Shown here: positions 30,060 through 41,164 of the stretch, piece by piece
Position numbering within the stretch: position 1 is the stretch's first letter
Layout of the letters: each line of letters opens with the position of its first letter
Position numbers and translations under genes: made by a program
The notes under the pieces: generated by a model
The model's database searches: none
The model's input: the letters and a program-made list of their open reading frames with translations, nothing else
Told to the model about the DNA's origin: nothing
NCBI GenBank assembly: GCA_017635415.1
Contig: JAGBLM010000072.1
Span: forward strand, 13,089 to 77,088
From: Succinivibrio sp.
Lineage (GTDB): Bacteria > Pseudomonadota > Gammaproteobacteria > Enterobacterales > Succinivibrionaceae
Length of the DNA stretch: 64,000 bases
Direction of reading: 5' to 3'

Positions 30060-30856
30060 TGGAAGGGTTAGAAGGCCTTACTATGGCCTCTTTAGCTTCA
30101 ATAATCTGGCCGTTCTGCCGAATCGGCGGCTTCTGCATGAATATGTTTGTCTTCAGCGGCGCTGCCGTGCCTCCAGTGGTCAGAGTATGGTTCTCCCTGA
30201 TGTTTGCCATCTGCATTCTGCCTGATATCCCTCCTGTTGAAAATCCGATGGCACTGTTCTCCCTTTACGGAGCACTGGTAACGGTAAAAGAAATTCTGAT
30301 TGGTATGGCCTTGGGTTATCTGACACAGTTTCTGGCACAGGTGTTCATCATTGCCGGTCAGGCTGTTGCCATGCAGACCGGTTTGGGCTTTGCCTCACTG
30401 GTAGATCCGGTTTCAGGCACCAACACTCCGGTAGTCGGTCAGTTTTTCTCGGTCTTGACCACGCTGGTTTTTTTGGCCATGAACGGTCATCTGCTGTTTT
30501 TCAGAATGCTGGAAATGTCCTTTAGCACACTGCCGATCGGCGTCAGTTTTTTGCCTCCTGACGGTATACATGACCTGACATATTTTGGCAGTACCATGTT
30601 CTTATGCGGTCTGGTGATGGCAATAAGTTCCATATGTACCATGCTCGTTGTCAATTTTACTCTGGGTGTCATGACCAGAGCTGCGCCGCAGCTGAACATC
30701 TTCTCTTTAGGTTTTGCCGTGACCATGGTGACAGGCATGTTTGTGCTTGCAGCTTCGCTTAATGCCTATATGAACAACTATACTCATGCAATCAATGAGG
30801 TCATCTCGACGGGATGTACACTTATAGGCACAAGTTGTGAGGGGATTTTCGATTAA
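30059..30856 (+). CDS. fliR: FliR
   Basis: QTGLGFASLVDP, RAAPQLNIFSLGF. Confidence 0.96.
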   Translation: MEGLEGLTMASLASIIWPFCRIGGFCMNMFVFSGAAVPPVVRVWFSLMFAICILPDIPPVENPMALFSLYGALVTVKEILIGMALGYLTQFLAQVFIIAGQAVAMQTGLGFASLVDPVSGTNTPVVGQFFSVLTTLVFLAMNGHLLFFRMLEMSFSTLPIGVSFLPPDGIHDLTYFGSTMFLCGLVMAISSICTMLVVNFTLGVMTRAAPQLNIFSLGFAVTMVTGMFVLAASLNAYMNNYTHAINEVISTGCTLIGTSCEGIFD

Positions 30857-30917
30857 AATTAACGCAAGTACTGATGGTAGACGGACGAATAGTTGTTAAT
30901 CGTACTTCAGTCTTACG

Positions 30918-30962
30918 GACTGCACCTCAACCTCTGCTACAGAGAAGAATGCAGGTGCAGTC
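30918..30962. terminator. Hairpin between convergent fliR and ppnN
   Basis: GACTGCACCT...AGGTGCAGTC, 10-bp inverted repeat. Confidence 0.5.
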
Positions 30963-30991
30963 ATTTGCAAAGAAATGCAGGTTATGTTCTG

Positions 30992-32368
30992 TTAATCATC
31001 CTCAAGAACATAGCAAGGTTTGTACTCTCTTTTCGACAGTAGAATACGACCCTGATCAATAAAGTCCTTAAGCAGCTGATCCATACTCTGGATAATCTCC
31101 TTATCCCCGTGCAGTTTAAATGGACCTTTTTCCGCAACAAGCCTGACTCCTTTCTCCTTTACATTGCCTGATACAATACCTGAGAAAGCTGCTCTTAAGG
31201 CTGCCGAAAGTTCGTAAGGCTCCTGATCTTTATGGAGATTCAGTTTTGACATATTCTCATGAGTTACCTCAAACGGGATCTGCAGACTTTCAGGAATATG
31301 GAGAGCCCAGTTATAACAGAACGAATCATGGGTGAGTGATCTGTGCTCATAGGTATTTTGCAGTTCAGTCTTAACTTCTCTTGCCACCGCATCAGGATCG
31401 TCGATGATAAGTTTGTAGTAGCGGGTTACCTCAGGACCGAAACATTTCTTCAAGAATGCCTCGAGTGTATTGAAGTAAGGTGCACTATCCTTATTGCCTG
31501 TAAGAATGAGAGGTGTTGGTATATGACGGTTTTCTTTACACATTTTGATAGTAAGGATGTAAAGCAATTCCTCAGCCGTACCAGGACCTCCGGGGAAGAC
31601 GACCAGCACATGTCCCAGCCTTACGAAAGCTTCAAGACGTTTTTCGATATCCGGCATGATAACGAGCTCAGATACCATGGAATTTGGAGGCTCAGCGGCA
31701 ATAATCGAAGGTTCGGTAAGACCAATCAGTCTGCACTGTTCGGTTGCTGACTGCATGGTATGACCCATAATGGAACCCTTCATTGGCGCTTCCATAATGC
31801 CTGGTCCACAGCCGGTGCAGATATCAATTTTGCGCAGTCCCATGGCAAAACCAACCTGATAGGCGTATTCATATTCCTCCTCTGAGATGGAGTGACCACC
31901 CCAGCAGACGGCAATGTTTGGTGCTACACCAACCTGCAAAGTTCCGGCATTGCGCAGAATAGTGAATATACCGTTGGTAATCAGTTCACTGCGACTTGCT
32001 TTATCTTTCTGGATTATTTTTCTGAACTGATCCGCGTAAGGATTGATTTGCACAATATCACGCAGAACAGAGTAGAGGTGATTACGCAGACTGAAGACAA
32101 TTTTTCCGTCAACAAACGCCGATTTAGGAGGATTGATAAGTTCTATCTTCAGTCCTCTTTCGGTTCTGATAACATTGATTTCAAAGTTCTCATAATTCTC
32201 GAGCAGTTCTTTGGAATTATCTGTTTTGTTGCCGCTGTTCAAGACGGCAAGAGAACAGTTACGATAAAGATTATAAAGTTCACCCTGCGACGTATGAGAA
32301 ATAAGATCCGCTTCAAGCTGAGTCAGCAGGGACATTGAACCTGCCGGCCAAACAAATTCTACACTCAT
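30992..32368 (-). CDS. ppnN: Nucleotide 5'-monophosphate nucleosidase PpnN (YgdH, LOG family)
   Basis: RNCSLAVLNSG, CWGGHSI, CTGCGPG, PGGPGTAEE. Confidence 0.92.
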   Translation of the reverse strand: MSVEFVWPAGSMSLLTQLEADLISHTSQGELYNLYRNCSLAVLNSGNKTDNSKELLENYENFEINVIRTERGLKIELINPPKSAFVDGKIVFSLRNHLYSVLRDIVQINPYADQFRKIIQKDKASRSELITNGIFTILRNAGTLQVGVAPNIAVCWGGHSISEEEYEYAYQVGFAMGLRKIDICTGCGPGIMEAPMKGSIMGHTMQSATEQCRLIGLTEPSIIAAEPPNSMVSELVIMPDIEKRLEAFVRLGHVLVVFPGGPGTAEELLYILTIKMCKENRHIPTPLILTGNKDSAPYFNTLEAFLKKCFGPEVTRYYKLIIDDPDAVAREVKTELQNTYEHRSLTHDSFCYNWALHIPESLQIPFEVTHENMSKLNLHKDQEPYELSAALRAAFSGIVSGNVKEKGVRLVAEKGPFKLHGDKEIIQSMDQLLKDFIDQGRILLSKREYKPCYVLEDD

Positions 32369-32504
32369 AAAACCTCAGTTAATTGATTTTTATATGGTAA
32401 TTTTCATTGTATCCCATCTGAATTAAGAACATAAAGCAAATCTGAGAGAAATATGGACAGATTTGCAATTATGTCTTTGGACCGGTAATTTCTTTACGGT
32501 GCTT

Positions 32505-33320
32505 TTACTGTCTTAGAGTACGCGGAGGCATCATGGTCAGCGCGTAATCAGATCTGACCGGGTTGATATCAATGCCTCCGCGTCTGGTAAAACAGGCGCA
32601 GACGCAGAGATTTTTCGGGGTTAGCAGAGTTTTTATATCACTGAAGATCAGTTCACAGCACTGCTCGTGAAATCCTCGGTGATTTCTTAATGAAACCAGA
32701 TAGGCAAACAGACCCTGATGGTCTATTCTTGTTCCTGAATAGCGGATAAAGACAGAGGCATGATCAGGCTGCCCGGTGACTGGACAGAGGGTTCTGAGGA
32801 CATTAGAACAGATTGCCTCTTCAACAAAATCAGTTCCGTTATGTTTTAGCAGTTCTGGCGCATACTCATATCTGCTGATCTCATTTTCTGCGGTAATCTC
32901 ATTATCAATCAGCAAATAGTTTGGAGTTTCGGGCTCAAAAACAGGCTGACTGCACTCGTAAATTTTCACCTCAATGGCACAGTCCAGTTTTTTCACCAGA
33001 TCGTGTTCGATAATCTGCTGCAGCTGAGAGATGCCCGTGATTTTAGTCATGGCAAAGGAGCCCAGGTACAGTTTTAAGGATTTTGATTCCACAATGCAGG
33101 GACTTGTTGCCGGGACCTTGATGCTGCCCATAGCCGTATGAGGGATCCCTTTTGTATCAAGCCAGGTAAGTTCGTAGAATCTCCACAGGTCATAACCCTC
33201 AAAAGACTGCATTCTCAGTGGCGCTCTGCCCATGGTCCTGTCAATGGGATTGAGAATTTTTGGGTTGTATTCGTCAAAATAAGAGGTGTTTTTGCCGAGC
33301 ACTGAAGCAGACTTAGACAT
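32505..33320 (-). CDS. queF: 7-cyano-7-deazaguanine reductase QueF (bimodular type)
   Basis: ESKSLKLYL, CPVTGQPD, FHEQCCE, RRGGIDINP. Confidence 0.94.
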   Translation of the reverse strand: MSKSASVLGKNTSYFDEYNPKILNPIDRTMGRAPLRMQSFEGYDLWRFYELTWLDTKGIPHTAMGSIKVPATSPCIVESKSLKLYLGSFAMTKITGISQLQQIIEHDLVKKLDCAIEVKIYECSQPVFEPETPNYLLIDNEITAENEISRYEYAPELLKHNGTDFVEEAICSNVLRTLCPVTGQPDHASVFIRYSGTRIDHQGLFAYLVSLRNHRGFHEQCCELIFSDIKTLLTPKNLCVCACFTRRGGIDINPVRSDYALTMMPPRTLRQ

Positions 33321-33334
33321 TATGAGGTCCTCTG

Positions 33335-34180
33335 TTATCTGTGAAGCGATTTCAAAAATGCTTTTAAAGTATCATACTGAGTCTTTGTGAGTTGTGTGTT
33401 TATACCTTTAAACTCGCACTCACGTGACACAAAATGATTTTCATTTCCCTGAACGGACGCAATTAGTTTATTGCGCAGACATTCATTTGGGGTAGGAGGA
33501 TACATTTTATTCCAGCTTAGAAAAAGTTTCTGCTGTTCTGCCGAGATTTTTATATGGTAACGCTCAGCCATATACAGGGTTGCTCTTGCCACAATACCTC
33601 TTGAACTGTGCGGCGGCTGAGCAAGTTTTAGCTGATTGTCCACCACCATCGGGCATTTCCCGTACATTCCCGGTTTTGCATTCCAGTCACCATAATGGTA
33701 GTTTTTTCTATCGGCATTAACTTCACCGATTGACGGGTAGAGGTTGTGGAGATCCCCTTCCATACGCTGAAACTGCGCATCATTCTCGCTGCAGTTTTGT
33801 CTTCGTCCTTTACTCTGCCAGCATTTCATCTGATGTCCAAAATCGTAAGCGGGCATAATATGTTCGGCCTCAATACGGTTTGCTCTTTTTTTATCCTGTC
33901 TGATTTTATAGCCGCAGTCATCGGGCCTGACCATGTACCCTTTTTTATTGCTGCTACTTTGGGTAAAGATGATGGGGCAACTACAGTAGAGGGTCATAGG
34001 TTTGTCAAGCATGTCGAAAATAACTGGCAGGGCACGTTTAGCGTCTTTGAAGTTTCTTACTGTCTCATAACCTGTTTCAGACTGAGGATTACTGTTTTCA
34101 TTCTGTACCGCAGATGTTTTCAGAGAAAAAGTTAAGATTGTCAAAAAGATAAATACTGTTGGTTTTATATTGATAATCAT
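33335..34180 (-). CDS. endA: Endonuclease I (EndA/Dns family, secreted)
   Basis: Signal peptide, YCSC, EAEHIMPA, DLHNLYPSIGEVN. Confidence 0.9.
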   Translation of the reverse strand: MIINIKPTVFIFLTILTFSLKTSAVQNENSNPQSETGYETVRNFKDAKRALPVIFDMLDKPMTLYCSCPIIFTQSSSNKKGYMVRPDDCGYKIRQDKKRANRIEAEHIMPAYDFGHQMKCWQSKGRRQNCSENDAQFQRMEGDLHNLYPSIGEVNADRKNYHYGDWNAKPGMYGKCPMVVDNQLKLAQPPHSSRGIVARATLYMAERYHIKISAEQQKLFLSWNKMYPPTPNECLRNKLIASVQGNENHFVSRECEFKGINTQLTKTQYDTLKAFLKSLHR

Positions 34181-34252
34181 GTATTCTGCAATAGGTAAAC
34201 AAAGACCCATTTACTATAATGAGGAAATCAGAAAAAATAAAGGAGATAAAGC

Positions 34253-35098
34253 ATGTTAATCAATTTACGTAACATGGCCACTTTCGGTGTCGCGGGAAAT
34301 TTCACAGGACATCTTGAGCAGGCTGGCGAAGCGCGCGATTTTACCAACGTTAAAACCGCAGAAGCCAAGGCTCCGAAGGCCCTGTTTCCTACCTATATTC
34401 CTAATGGAACTCATCCGACTCCTGACTTTTTGAAGATTTTTCCCTTTGATGAATACCGGATTATTTTCCCTAAGGGGGAACAGAAACTGCAGATTGAACC
34501 TGAGTGCGCAATAGTATTTGATGTGATATGGGATGGAGATCAGATTAAAGCTCTGTCACCGGTTGTGTTCGGGGCCTCTAACGACTGTTCGATCCGCAAA
34601 GAGGGGGCTCGCAAGATCAGTGAAAAGAAAAACTGGGGCGCATCAAGCAAGGGGTTTGCTTCTAATCTGATTAAGGTTGATAAATTTGAGAAAGGCGGGA
34701 TCCTTGATCGTTACCGCATTGCCAGTTTTATGATTCGTGACGGCATTGTCTATTCATATGGTGAAGACAGTGCCGTTCGTGATTACAGTTATATCTATGA
34801 AAAACTCAATGTCTGGCTTATTGATAAATTCAATAATCAGCAGGATGAGGGACCTGCCGAACGAATTCATGATTATCTGCTTTCTGCAAATAAGCCAAAG
34901 CAGGTGATGGTTTCAGTAGGGGCAACACGTTATACCGATTTTGGTACCAAGAATTTCCTGCAGGAAGGTGATCGCTCAGTGGTTGTTGTCTATCCTGAAG
35001 ATGTATATTCTGAAGAAGAAATTATTGAAAGAGTAAAAAAGGATAATCTTGAGGAAGAGGACATCTCCGTACTGTCACAAGAAGTTGTTTTAGGTTAA
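34253..35098 (+). CDS. Conserved hypothetical protein (DUF5718-like)
   Basis: GVAGNFTGHLEQAGE, QIEPE, NDCSIR, KKNWG; family recalled from motifs. Confidence 0.65.
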   Translation: MLINLRNMATFGVAGNFTGHLEQAGEARDFTNVKTAEAKAPKALFPTYIPNGTHPTPDFLKIFPFDEYRIIFPKGEQKLQIEPECAIVFDVIWDGDQIKALSPVVFGASNDCSIRKEGARKISEKKNWGASSKGFASNLIKVDKFEKGGILDRYRIASFMIRDGIVYSYGEDSAVRDYSYIYEKLNVWLIDKFNNQQDEGPAERIHDYLLSANKPKQVMVSVGATRYTDFGTKNFLQEGDRSVVVVYPEDVYSEEEIIERVKKDNLEEEDISVLSQEVVLG

Positions 35099-35239
35099 TT
35101 TTCCGTTCTGCTGTCAGATTTTGTAATGAAACTGTAGCGCAGGATAAAAAATTTGATGGCAGGTTGTGTTTGATTGCGAATGCAACCTGATAGAGGGAAT
35201 TTTTTTGCAGACCTTTGGGGTCTGATTTTACTGACCATT

Positions 35240-35285
35240 AAAATCACCACGCTCCCCGCAGACAACGGGAAGGCGTGGTGATTTT
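35240..35285. terminator. Bidirectional intrinsic terminator downstream of metK
   Basis: AAAATCACCACGC...GCGTGGTGATTTT. Confidence 0.75.
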
Positions 35286-35303
35286 GCAATATAGCTCAGA
35301 ATG

Positions 35304-36455
35304 TTATGAGAGCAGTTCGGCCTTCAGGGCTTCAGCCTTGTCGGTATTCTCCCAAGGGAATTCCTCACGACCAAAGTGTCCGTAGGCGGCGGTTGGCTTA
35401 TAGATTGGACGCAGTAAATCAAGCATCTTAATAAGTCCGTATGGACGCAGGTCAAAAACCTTGTGAACTGCCTGTGAGATCTTTTCGTCTGAGACAGTAC
35501 CGGTACCAAAGGTATTTATACTGATTGAAACCGGTTCTGCTACACCGATGGCATAAGAAACCTGCAGTTCACAGCGCTTGGCAAGACCTGCGGCAACTAC
35601 ATTTTTGGCAACATATCTGGCGGCATAGGCGGCGGAACGATCAACTTTTGACGGGTCTTTGCCTGAGAAGGCGCCACCACCGTGACGTGCTGCACCACCA
35701 TAGGTATCCACAATAATCTTGCGTCCGGTAAGACCGCAGTCTCCTACCGGACCACCGATGACAAAACGACCGGTTGGATTGATGAAATACTTGGTATTCT
35801 TATTCAGTAATTTCGCAGGAATAACCTTTTTAATGATTTCTTCCATTACTCCTTCATGGACGGTCTGCTGTGACACACTTTCGTCATGCTGTGTGGAAAG
35901 TACGATAGTGTCGATACCTGTAATATTGCCATTATCGTCATAGACAAAGGTGACCTGACTTTTTGCATCAGGACGCAGCCAAGGCAGAATGTTCTCACGA
36001 CGAACCTGCGCCTGACGTCTTACCAGAAGATGCGCATAGGTAACTGGTGCAGGCATTAGGACTGCGGTTTCATCACAGGCGTAGCCGAACATCAGTCCCT
36101 GATCTCCTGCGCCTTGCTCTTCAGGTTTTGAGCGCGAGACTCCCTGATTGATATCAGGTGACTGTTTGCCGATGGCATTCAGAAAAGCACAGTAACGGCC
36201 GTCGAAACCAACTTCTGTTGTATCGTAGCCGATATCACAAATTGTTTTTCTTACCACATTTTCAAGATCAACAGATGCTGTAGTGGTAATCTCGCCGGCA
36301 ATGATAACCATTCCGGTTTTCACCAGGGTTTCACAGGCTACGTGTGCATCAGGGTCTTCTGCCATGATTGCATCGAGCACTGAGTCCGATACTTGATCTG
36401 CAACCTTGTCTGGGTGTCCTTCTGAAACTGATTCTGAAGTAAATAATCTAGACAT
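35304..36455 (-). CDS. metK: S-adenosylmethionine synthetase
   Basis: [25 protein letters not shown]. Confidence 0.98.
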   Translation of the reverse strand: MSRLFTSESVSEGHPDKVADQVSDSVLDAIMAEDPDAHVACETLVKTGMVIIAGEITTTASVDLENVVRKTICDIGYDTTEVGFDGRYCAFLNAIGKQSPDINQGVSRSKPEEQGAGDQGLMFGYACDETAVLMPAPVTYAHLLVRRQAQVRRENILPWLRPDAKSQVTFVYDDNGNITGIDTIVLSTQHDESVSQQTVHEGVMEEIIKKVIPAKLLNKNTKYFINPTGRFVIGGPVGDCGLTGRKIIVDTYGGAARHGGGAFSGKDPSKVDRSAAYAARYVAKNVVAAGLAKRCELQVSYAIGVAEPVSISINTFGTGTVSDEKISQAVHKVFDLRPYGLIKMLDLLRPIYKPTAAYGHFGREEFPWENTDKAEALKAELLS

Positions 36456-36801
36456 GGAAAAACTCTCTATAAATAGTGAAAATCGCTTTGATTATATACC
36501 CTTATTCTGTGCAGAAATATAAGAAGGAGAACAAAATAAAACAAGGACACTTGGCGACCACAGTTTTTGTTTAACTTTTGTGAACCAGTTGTTATTTGAA
36601 CAGTAAAAATTTAAAATCAAAATATTTGTGTGGTATGTTTCATCGGGACAGGTTCTCTAATTAAAATGTAGGATGTGTCACGTTTACCGAATAGCGTAAT
36701 CGTTTGTATTTTTAATTAGAAGTACAATGGGGTACGGGATACAGAAGATGTACGCAATAAATTTGCAAAGTTTTGTTAATCAAGTTTTCTAGGGAGTAAT
36801 A

Positions 36802-37452
36802 ATGCGTTTTTTCATTGATACAGCAAATGTTGAAGATATTCGCAAAGCTAATGATATGGGTGTAATCTGCGGTGTAACCACTAATCCATCTCTGATTGCA
36901 AAGGAAGGTCGTGATTTTAAGGAAGTAATCAAGGAAATTACTACTATTGTTGACGGTCCTATCAGTGGTGAGGTTAAGGCTACTACTCTCGATGCTGAAG
37001 GTATGATTAAGGAAGCTCGTGAAATTGCCGCCATTCATCCGAATATGGTTGTCAAGATCCCAATGACTGTTGAAGGTTTAAAGGCCTGCCATCAGTGCGC
37101 TCAGGAAGGTATCAAGACCAATCTTACTCTGATCTTCTCTGCCAATCAGGCATTACTTGCCGCTCGTGCCGGTGCAACCTATGTTTCTCCATTCATTGGT
37201 CGTCTTGATGACATCAATCAGGATGGTCTTGATCTGATTCGTCAGATTTCCGACATGTTCTCAATCGGCGGTATTGATGCCCAGATTATTTGCGCATCCG
37301 TACGCAATCCGGTTCACGTTACTCAGTGTGCTCTTGCTGGTGCTGATATTGCCACTGTTCCTTACAAGGTTATTGAACAGATGACCAAGCATCCACTGAC
37401 TGATCAGGGCATCGAGAAGTTCCAGGCTGACTATAAGAAAGTATTCGGCTAA
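36802..37452 (+). CDS. Small transaldolase / fructose-6-phosphate aldolase family protein
   Basis: [30 protein letters not shown]. Confidence 0.93.
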   Translation: MRFFIDTANVEDIRKANDMGVICGVTTNPSLIAKEGRDFKEVIKEITTIVDGPISGEVKATTLDAEGMIKEAREIAAIHPNMVVKIPMTVEGLKACHQCAQEGIKTNLTLIFSANQALLAARAGATYVSPFIGRLDDINQDGLDLIRQISDMFSIGGIDAQIICASVRNPVHVTQCALAGADIATVPYKVIEQMTKHPLTDQGIEKFQADYKKVFG

Positions 37453-37477
37453 TTGGGACTTTGTCATGTTTTCCAAG

Positions 37478-37506
37478 AAAATGCCGATCGCTGATCGGCA
37501 TTTTTA
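37478..37506 (+). terminator. Intrinsic terminator
   Basis: ATGCCGATC-GCT-GATCGGCAT followed by TTTT. Confidence 0.85.
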
Positions 37507-37589
37507 TTTGATGAAGTGATGACTGTATTTGATAATTTTTATTTAAGATTCAATAAGAAATTATTTTTATAAACTGAGTTGTTTACTCG

Positions 37590-38801
37590 ATGAATAGAAC
37601 AATTAAGTATCTTGTTGGTGGAACTGTCTTCCTGACAGTACTTTACTGTGCAGGAGTAGGAGTTGGAGCATATTATTCTGATACTTTGATAAATGACGGT
37701 CTGGTTTCTCTGAACAAAGTATTGGAAGAAAAATATTCTGAACATGTGCTGCCAAAGTTAAGCACTAAATATGTTGCTGAAGAAAAAGGCTTCTTTTCAC
37801 AGAAGGGTAATTTTTTAATTACCAACGCAGATTCCGGGCAGGTTGTATCTTTACCATCCGAATTCTGTCACGGTTTTCTCTCGCTGAAAGGCAGAGTAGA
37901 TTTTTATCATTTCCTCAATAATCTTTTCCTTAAGAAAGGAGTACTTGATTTACACAGTGAAGCGTATGCTGATGTGAGTTTCAGACTTTTTCCTTATGAC
38001 TATTCGCTTGCTATAAAGGTTGATGGTCCTTATGCGGCTAATTATTTAAAACAAGATCCGAAGCGTCTGTCAGGATACAGCAAAAAACTTCATTCCCTGT
38101 TAAGACTGCACGGCGGTATGACAGGAAGACTTGATGCCTCATTTGAGGCCTGTAACGTAGTTACTACTGATTTTACGGCTGACAGAATTTTCTTCAACGG
38201 AGTTAATATCTTTAATGCAGAAACCACAAAAGGAAATATGCAGTTTGGTATTAAGGGAATGTATGCTCACAATACATTCTACGATGAGGTTGATGATGTT
38301 GGTGTGTCGCTGTTGTTGGATGACGACTCTGTCGGCAGTACATCAGTTGAGATGAAACTTGAGCTTGATACCTCAAGAGGAAAGTTGAGTGCCGAGGGGG
38401 TGCTCGGTAAATTTAATGGTGAACAGGTTAAAAAACATCATGGTCTGTTTTTAGATCTATTAGGTCAACCTTTAAGTTTTAACCGTTATTTTGATGAAAA
38501 GGGTGGTAGTTTTACCTTAAAACAGCTTGTATTTTACGCCGATTACACGGCGCCTGAGGGCAGAGTTCAGTATGTTGCCACCGCAAAGGGAAAAGTTGTT
38601 ATTCCTCAGGCGGATAATGTCGTCATCAGCGCCCAGAAGATAAACGGCAATGTCGAAGTCAGGTTCGATAAGGTTAATCAGGCTGCTGAAAAGACCATTG
38701 ATAGCATCGGCAGACATCTTTTTGAGAAGGATGCTGGCGGATATGTATCAAAGATCACTATAGAAAATGGTAAATTACTGTACAACGGTAAAGAGTATTA
38801 A
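37590..38801 (+). CDS. Hypothetical membrane-anchored protein, weakly YdgA/DUF945-like
   Basis: N-terminal anchor, EKGFFSQ, C-terminal [14 protein letters not shown]. Confidence 0.55.
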   Translation: MNRTIKYLVGGTVFLTVLYCAGVGVGAYYSDTLINDGLVSLNKVLEEKYSEHVLPKLSTKYVAEEKGFFSQKGNFLITNADSGQVVSLPSEFCHGFLSLKGRVDFYHFLNNLFLKKGVLDLHSEAYADVSFRLFPYDYSLAIKVDGPYAANYLKQDPKRLSGYSKKLHSLLRLHGGMTGRLDASFEACNVVTTDFTADRIFFNGVNIFNAETTKGNMQFGIKGMYAHNTFYDEVDDVGVSLLLDDDSVGSTSVEMKLELDTSRGKLSAEGVLGKFNGEQVKKHHGLFLDLLGQPLSFNRYFDEKGGSFTLKQLVFYADYTAPEGRVQYVATAKGKVVIPQADNVVISAQKINGNVEVRFDKVNQAAEKTIDSIGRHLFEKDAGGYVSKITIENGKLLYNGKEY

Positions 38802-38827
38802 GAATTTTTACATCTAAGGAGAAAAAA

Positions 38828-40831
38828 ATGTCCGAATACAGAGAGCTTGCTAACGCCCTGCGTGCGTTAAGTATGGATGCCGTCCAGAAAGCTAACTCAG
38901 GTCACCCTGGTGCACCTATGGGTATGGCCGATATGGCAGAAGCCTTATGGCGTGGTTTCCTGCATCACAATCCAAAGAATCCGAAATGGCCTAACCGCGA
39001 CCGTTTTGTTTTGTCAAACGGTCACGCCTCAATGCTGATTTACTCTCTGCTGCATTTAACCGGATATGATCTTTCACTTGATGACCTCAAGAATTTCAGA
39101 CAGTTGGATTCAAAGACTCCTGGACATCCTGAGTATGGTGAAGTCCCGGGAGTTGAGACTACAACCGGTCCTCTAGGTCAGGGCATTGCAAATGCTGTAG
39201 GTATGGCTATTGCAGAACGTATGCTTGCTGATCAGTTCAATCGTGGCGGCTATAACATTGTTGATCACTACACTTATGCCTTTATGGGTGATGGCTGTCT
39301 TATGGAAGGCATTTCCCACGAGGTGTGTTCACTTGCCGGTACTTTGGGCCTTGGCAAACTGATCGCTCTTTATGATTCAAACGGTATTTCTATCGACGGT
39401 AAGGTTACCGACTGGTTTGCTGATGATACCGGTAAGAGATTTGAAGCATATGGCTGGCAGGTAATTGAGGTTAAAGACGGCAACGATGGTGAGCAGGTAA
39501 GAGAAGCAATCAAGAAGGCACAGGCCGACAAGAATCATCCTTCTTTGATTGTATGTCATACCACCATTGGTTTCGGTTCTCCTAATAAACAGGGAACATC
39601 ATCTTCACACGGAGCTCCTCTGGGCGATGATGAAATCAAACTTACCAAGGAGAAACTCGGCTGGAAGTATGGCGCATTTGAAATTCCTCAGGATGTATAC
39701 AGCAAGTGGGATGCCACAGACTGCGGTGCCAAACTTGAAAAGGAATGGCAGGACATGTTTGATGCTTATAAGAAGGCATATCCTGACCTTGCCGCAGAAT
39801 TTGAACGTCGCGTCATAAAGGGTGAACTGCCAGCAGACTTTGAACAGAAGACCAATGCCTGGATCCACGACCTGCAGAAGCAGGATGATCCAAAACTTGC
39901 AACCCGCAAAGCAGGTCAGAAGGCTCTTGATTTCTTTGGTGCTCTGCTGCCGGAACTGGTTGGCGGTTCTGCTGATCTGGCTCCTTCAAACCTCACAATG
40001 AACAAGTCATCCAAGGATGTTCTGCCTGGCAAACTTAACGGTAACTATATCCACTGGGGTGTACGTGAATTCGGTATGGCAGCAGCCATGAACGGAATTC
40101 TGCTTCACGGCGGTTTCCGTCCATATGGTGGTACCTTCCTCATTTTCTCAGACTATGCCCGTAATGCATTACGTATGTCTGCTCTGATGAAGATTCCTAC
40201 TCTGTATGTGTTTACACATGATTCAATCGGTGTCGGTGAAGATGGTCCGACTCACGAGCCAATCGAGCAGACTGCATCCTTACGTATTCTGCCAAACTTT
40301 GATGAGTGGCGTCCTTGCGACATGGTGGAAACCGCCGCTGCCTGGACCTATATGCTTGAGCGCAAGGATGGTCCAAGTGCTATTATCCTGACTCGTCAGG
40401 GCCTTGAGCAGATGAACCGTACCGATGCTCAGGTGGACAATATTCGTAAGGGTGGTTATGTACTGCATGACTGTGATGGTGCTCCGGAACTCATTTTGAT
40501 TGCAACTGGTTCTGAGGTGGCAATCAGTGTTCATGCAGCAGAAGTTCTTGAGAAGGAAGGCCGTAAGGTCCGTGTTGTGTCCATGCCTTCAACTGATGTG
40601 TTTGATCGTCAGAGCGATGCTTACAGGGAATCTGTACTGCCATCTGCATGCCGTGCCCGTGTTGCTGTTGAAGCCGGTATGAGTACCACTTGGTACAAGT
40701 ACATTGGTCTTGACGGTGCAACTGTATGTCTCGATCATTATGGTGCCTCAGGTCCTGCCGGCAAACTCTTCGAGAAATACGGATTTACTGTGGATAATGT
40801 TGTCAAGACTGCAAAGTCGTTGTTGAAGTAG
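38828..40831 (+). CDS. tkt: Transketolase
   Basis: [27 protein letters not shown]. Confidence 0.98.
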   Translation: MSEYRELANALRALSMDAVQKANSGHPGAPMGMADMAEALWRGFLHHNPKNPKWPNRDRFVLSNGHASMLIYSLLHLTGYDLSLDDLKNFRQLDSKTPGHPEYGEVPGVETTTGPLGQGIANAVGMAIAERMLADQFNRGGYNIVDHYTYAFMGDGCLMEGISHEVCSLAGTLGLGKLIALYDSNGISIDGKVTDWFADDTGKRFEAYGWQVIEVKDGNDGEQVREAIKKAQADKNHPSLIVCHTTIGFGSPNKQGTSSSHGAPLGDDEIKLTKEKLGWKYGAFEIPQDVYSKWDATDCGAKLEKEWQDMFDAYKKAYPDLAAEFERRVIKGELPADFEQKTNAWIHDLQKQDDPKLATRKAGQKALDFFGALLPELVGGSADLAPSNLTMNKSSKDVLPGKLNGNYIHWGVREFGMAAAMNGILLHGGFRPYGGTFLIFSDYARNALRMSALMKIPTLYVFTHDSIGVGEDGPTHEPIEQTASLRILPNFDEWRPCDMVETAAAWTYMLERKDGPSAIILTRQGLEQMNRTDAQVDNIRKGGYVLHDCDGAPELILIATGSEVAISVHAAEVLEKEGRKVRVVSMPSTDVFDRQSDAYRESVLPSACRARVAVEAGMSTTWYKYIGLDGATVCLDHYGASGPAGKLFEKYGFTVDNVVKTAKSLLK

Positions 40832-40879
40832 TAAGTTCTTTGTAATCAGCGTGTAGTGCTGATTATAAAAATAGAAAAT

Positions 40880-40920
40880 GAAGACCCTGCCACTGTGTGC
40901 GATAGGGTCTTCTTTATTTT
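40880..40920 (+). terminator. Intrinsic terminator after tkt
   Basis: GAAGACCCT...AGGGTCTTC followed by TTTATTTT. Confidence 0.7.
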
Positions 40921-41164
40921 TCAGCCAGAGAAAAAGGCCTACCCATATTCTTGGGACGTTCTTTTCAATACGTCGATATTCAATTTGAAAAATAGGCAGC
41001 AGAGAGATGCTCTGCACCATTTTATCGAACTCATTTAAAAATATTTTTTAAAGTGCTTTTTGAAAATTGAAATGTGAATCACGTGTGATAAAATCAGTAA
41101 TGTTAACGCCTTAATGGTATGTATAGTCTTTAAAAGACACAATTTTTAGAGGAATTGAAGAACT

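Noticed and set aside
40856-41038. Small ORFs between tkt and pgk as a possible epd remnant
   Set aside because: No GAPDH-family motifs; they overlap a terminator and AT-rich promoter DNA
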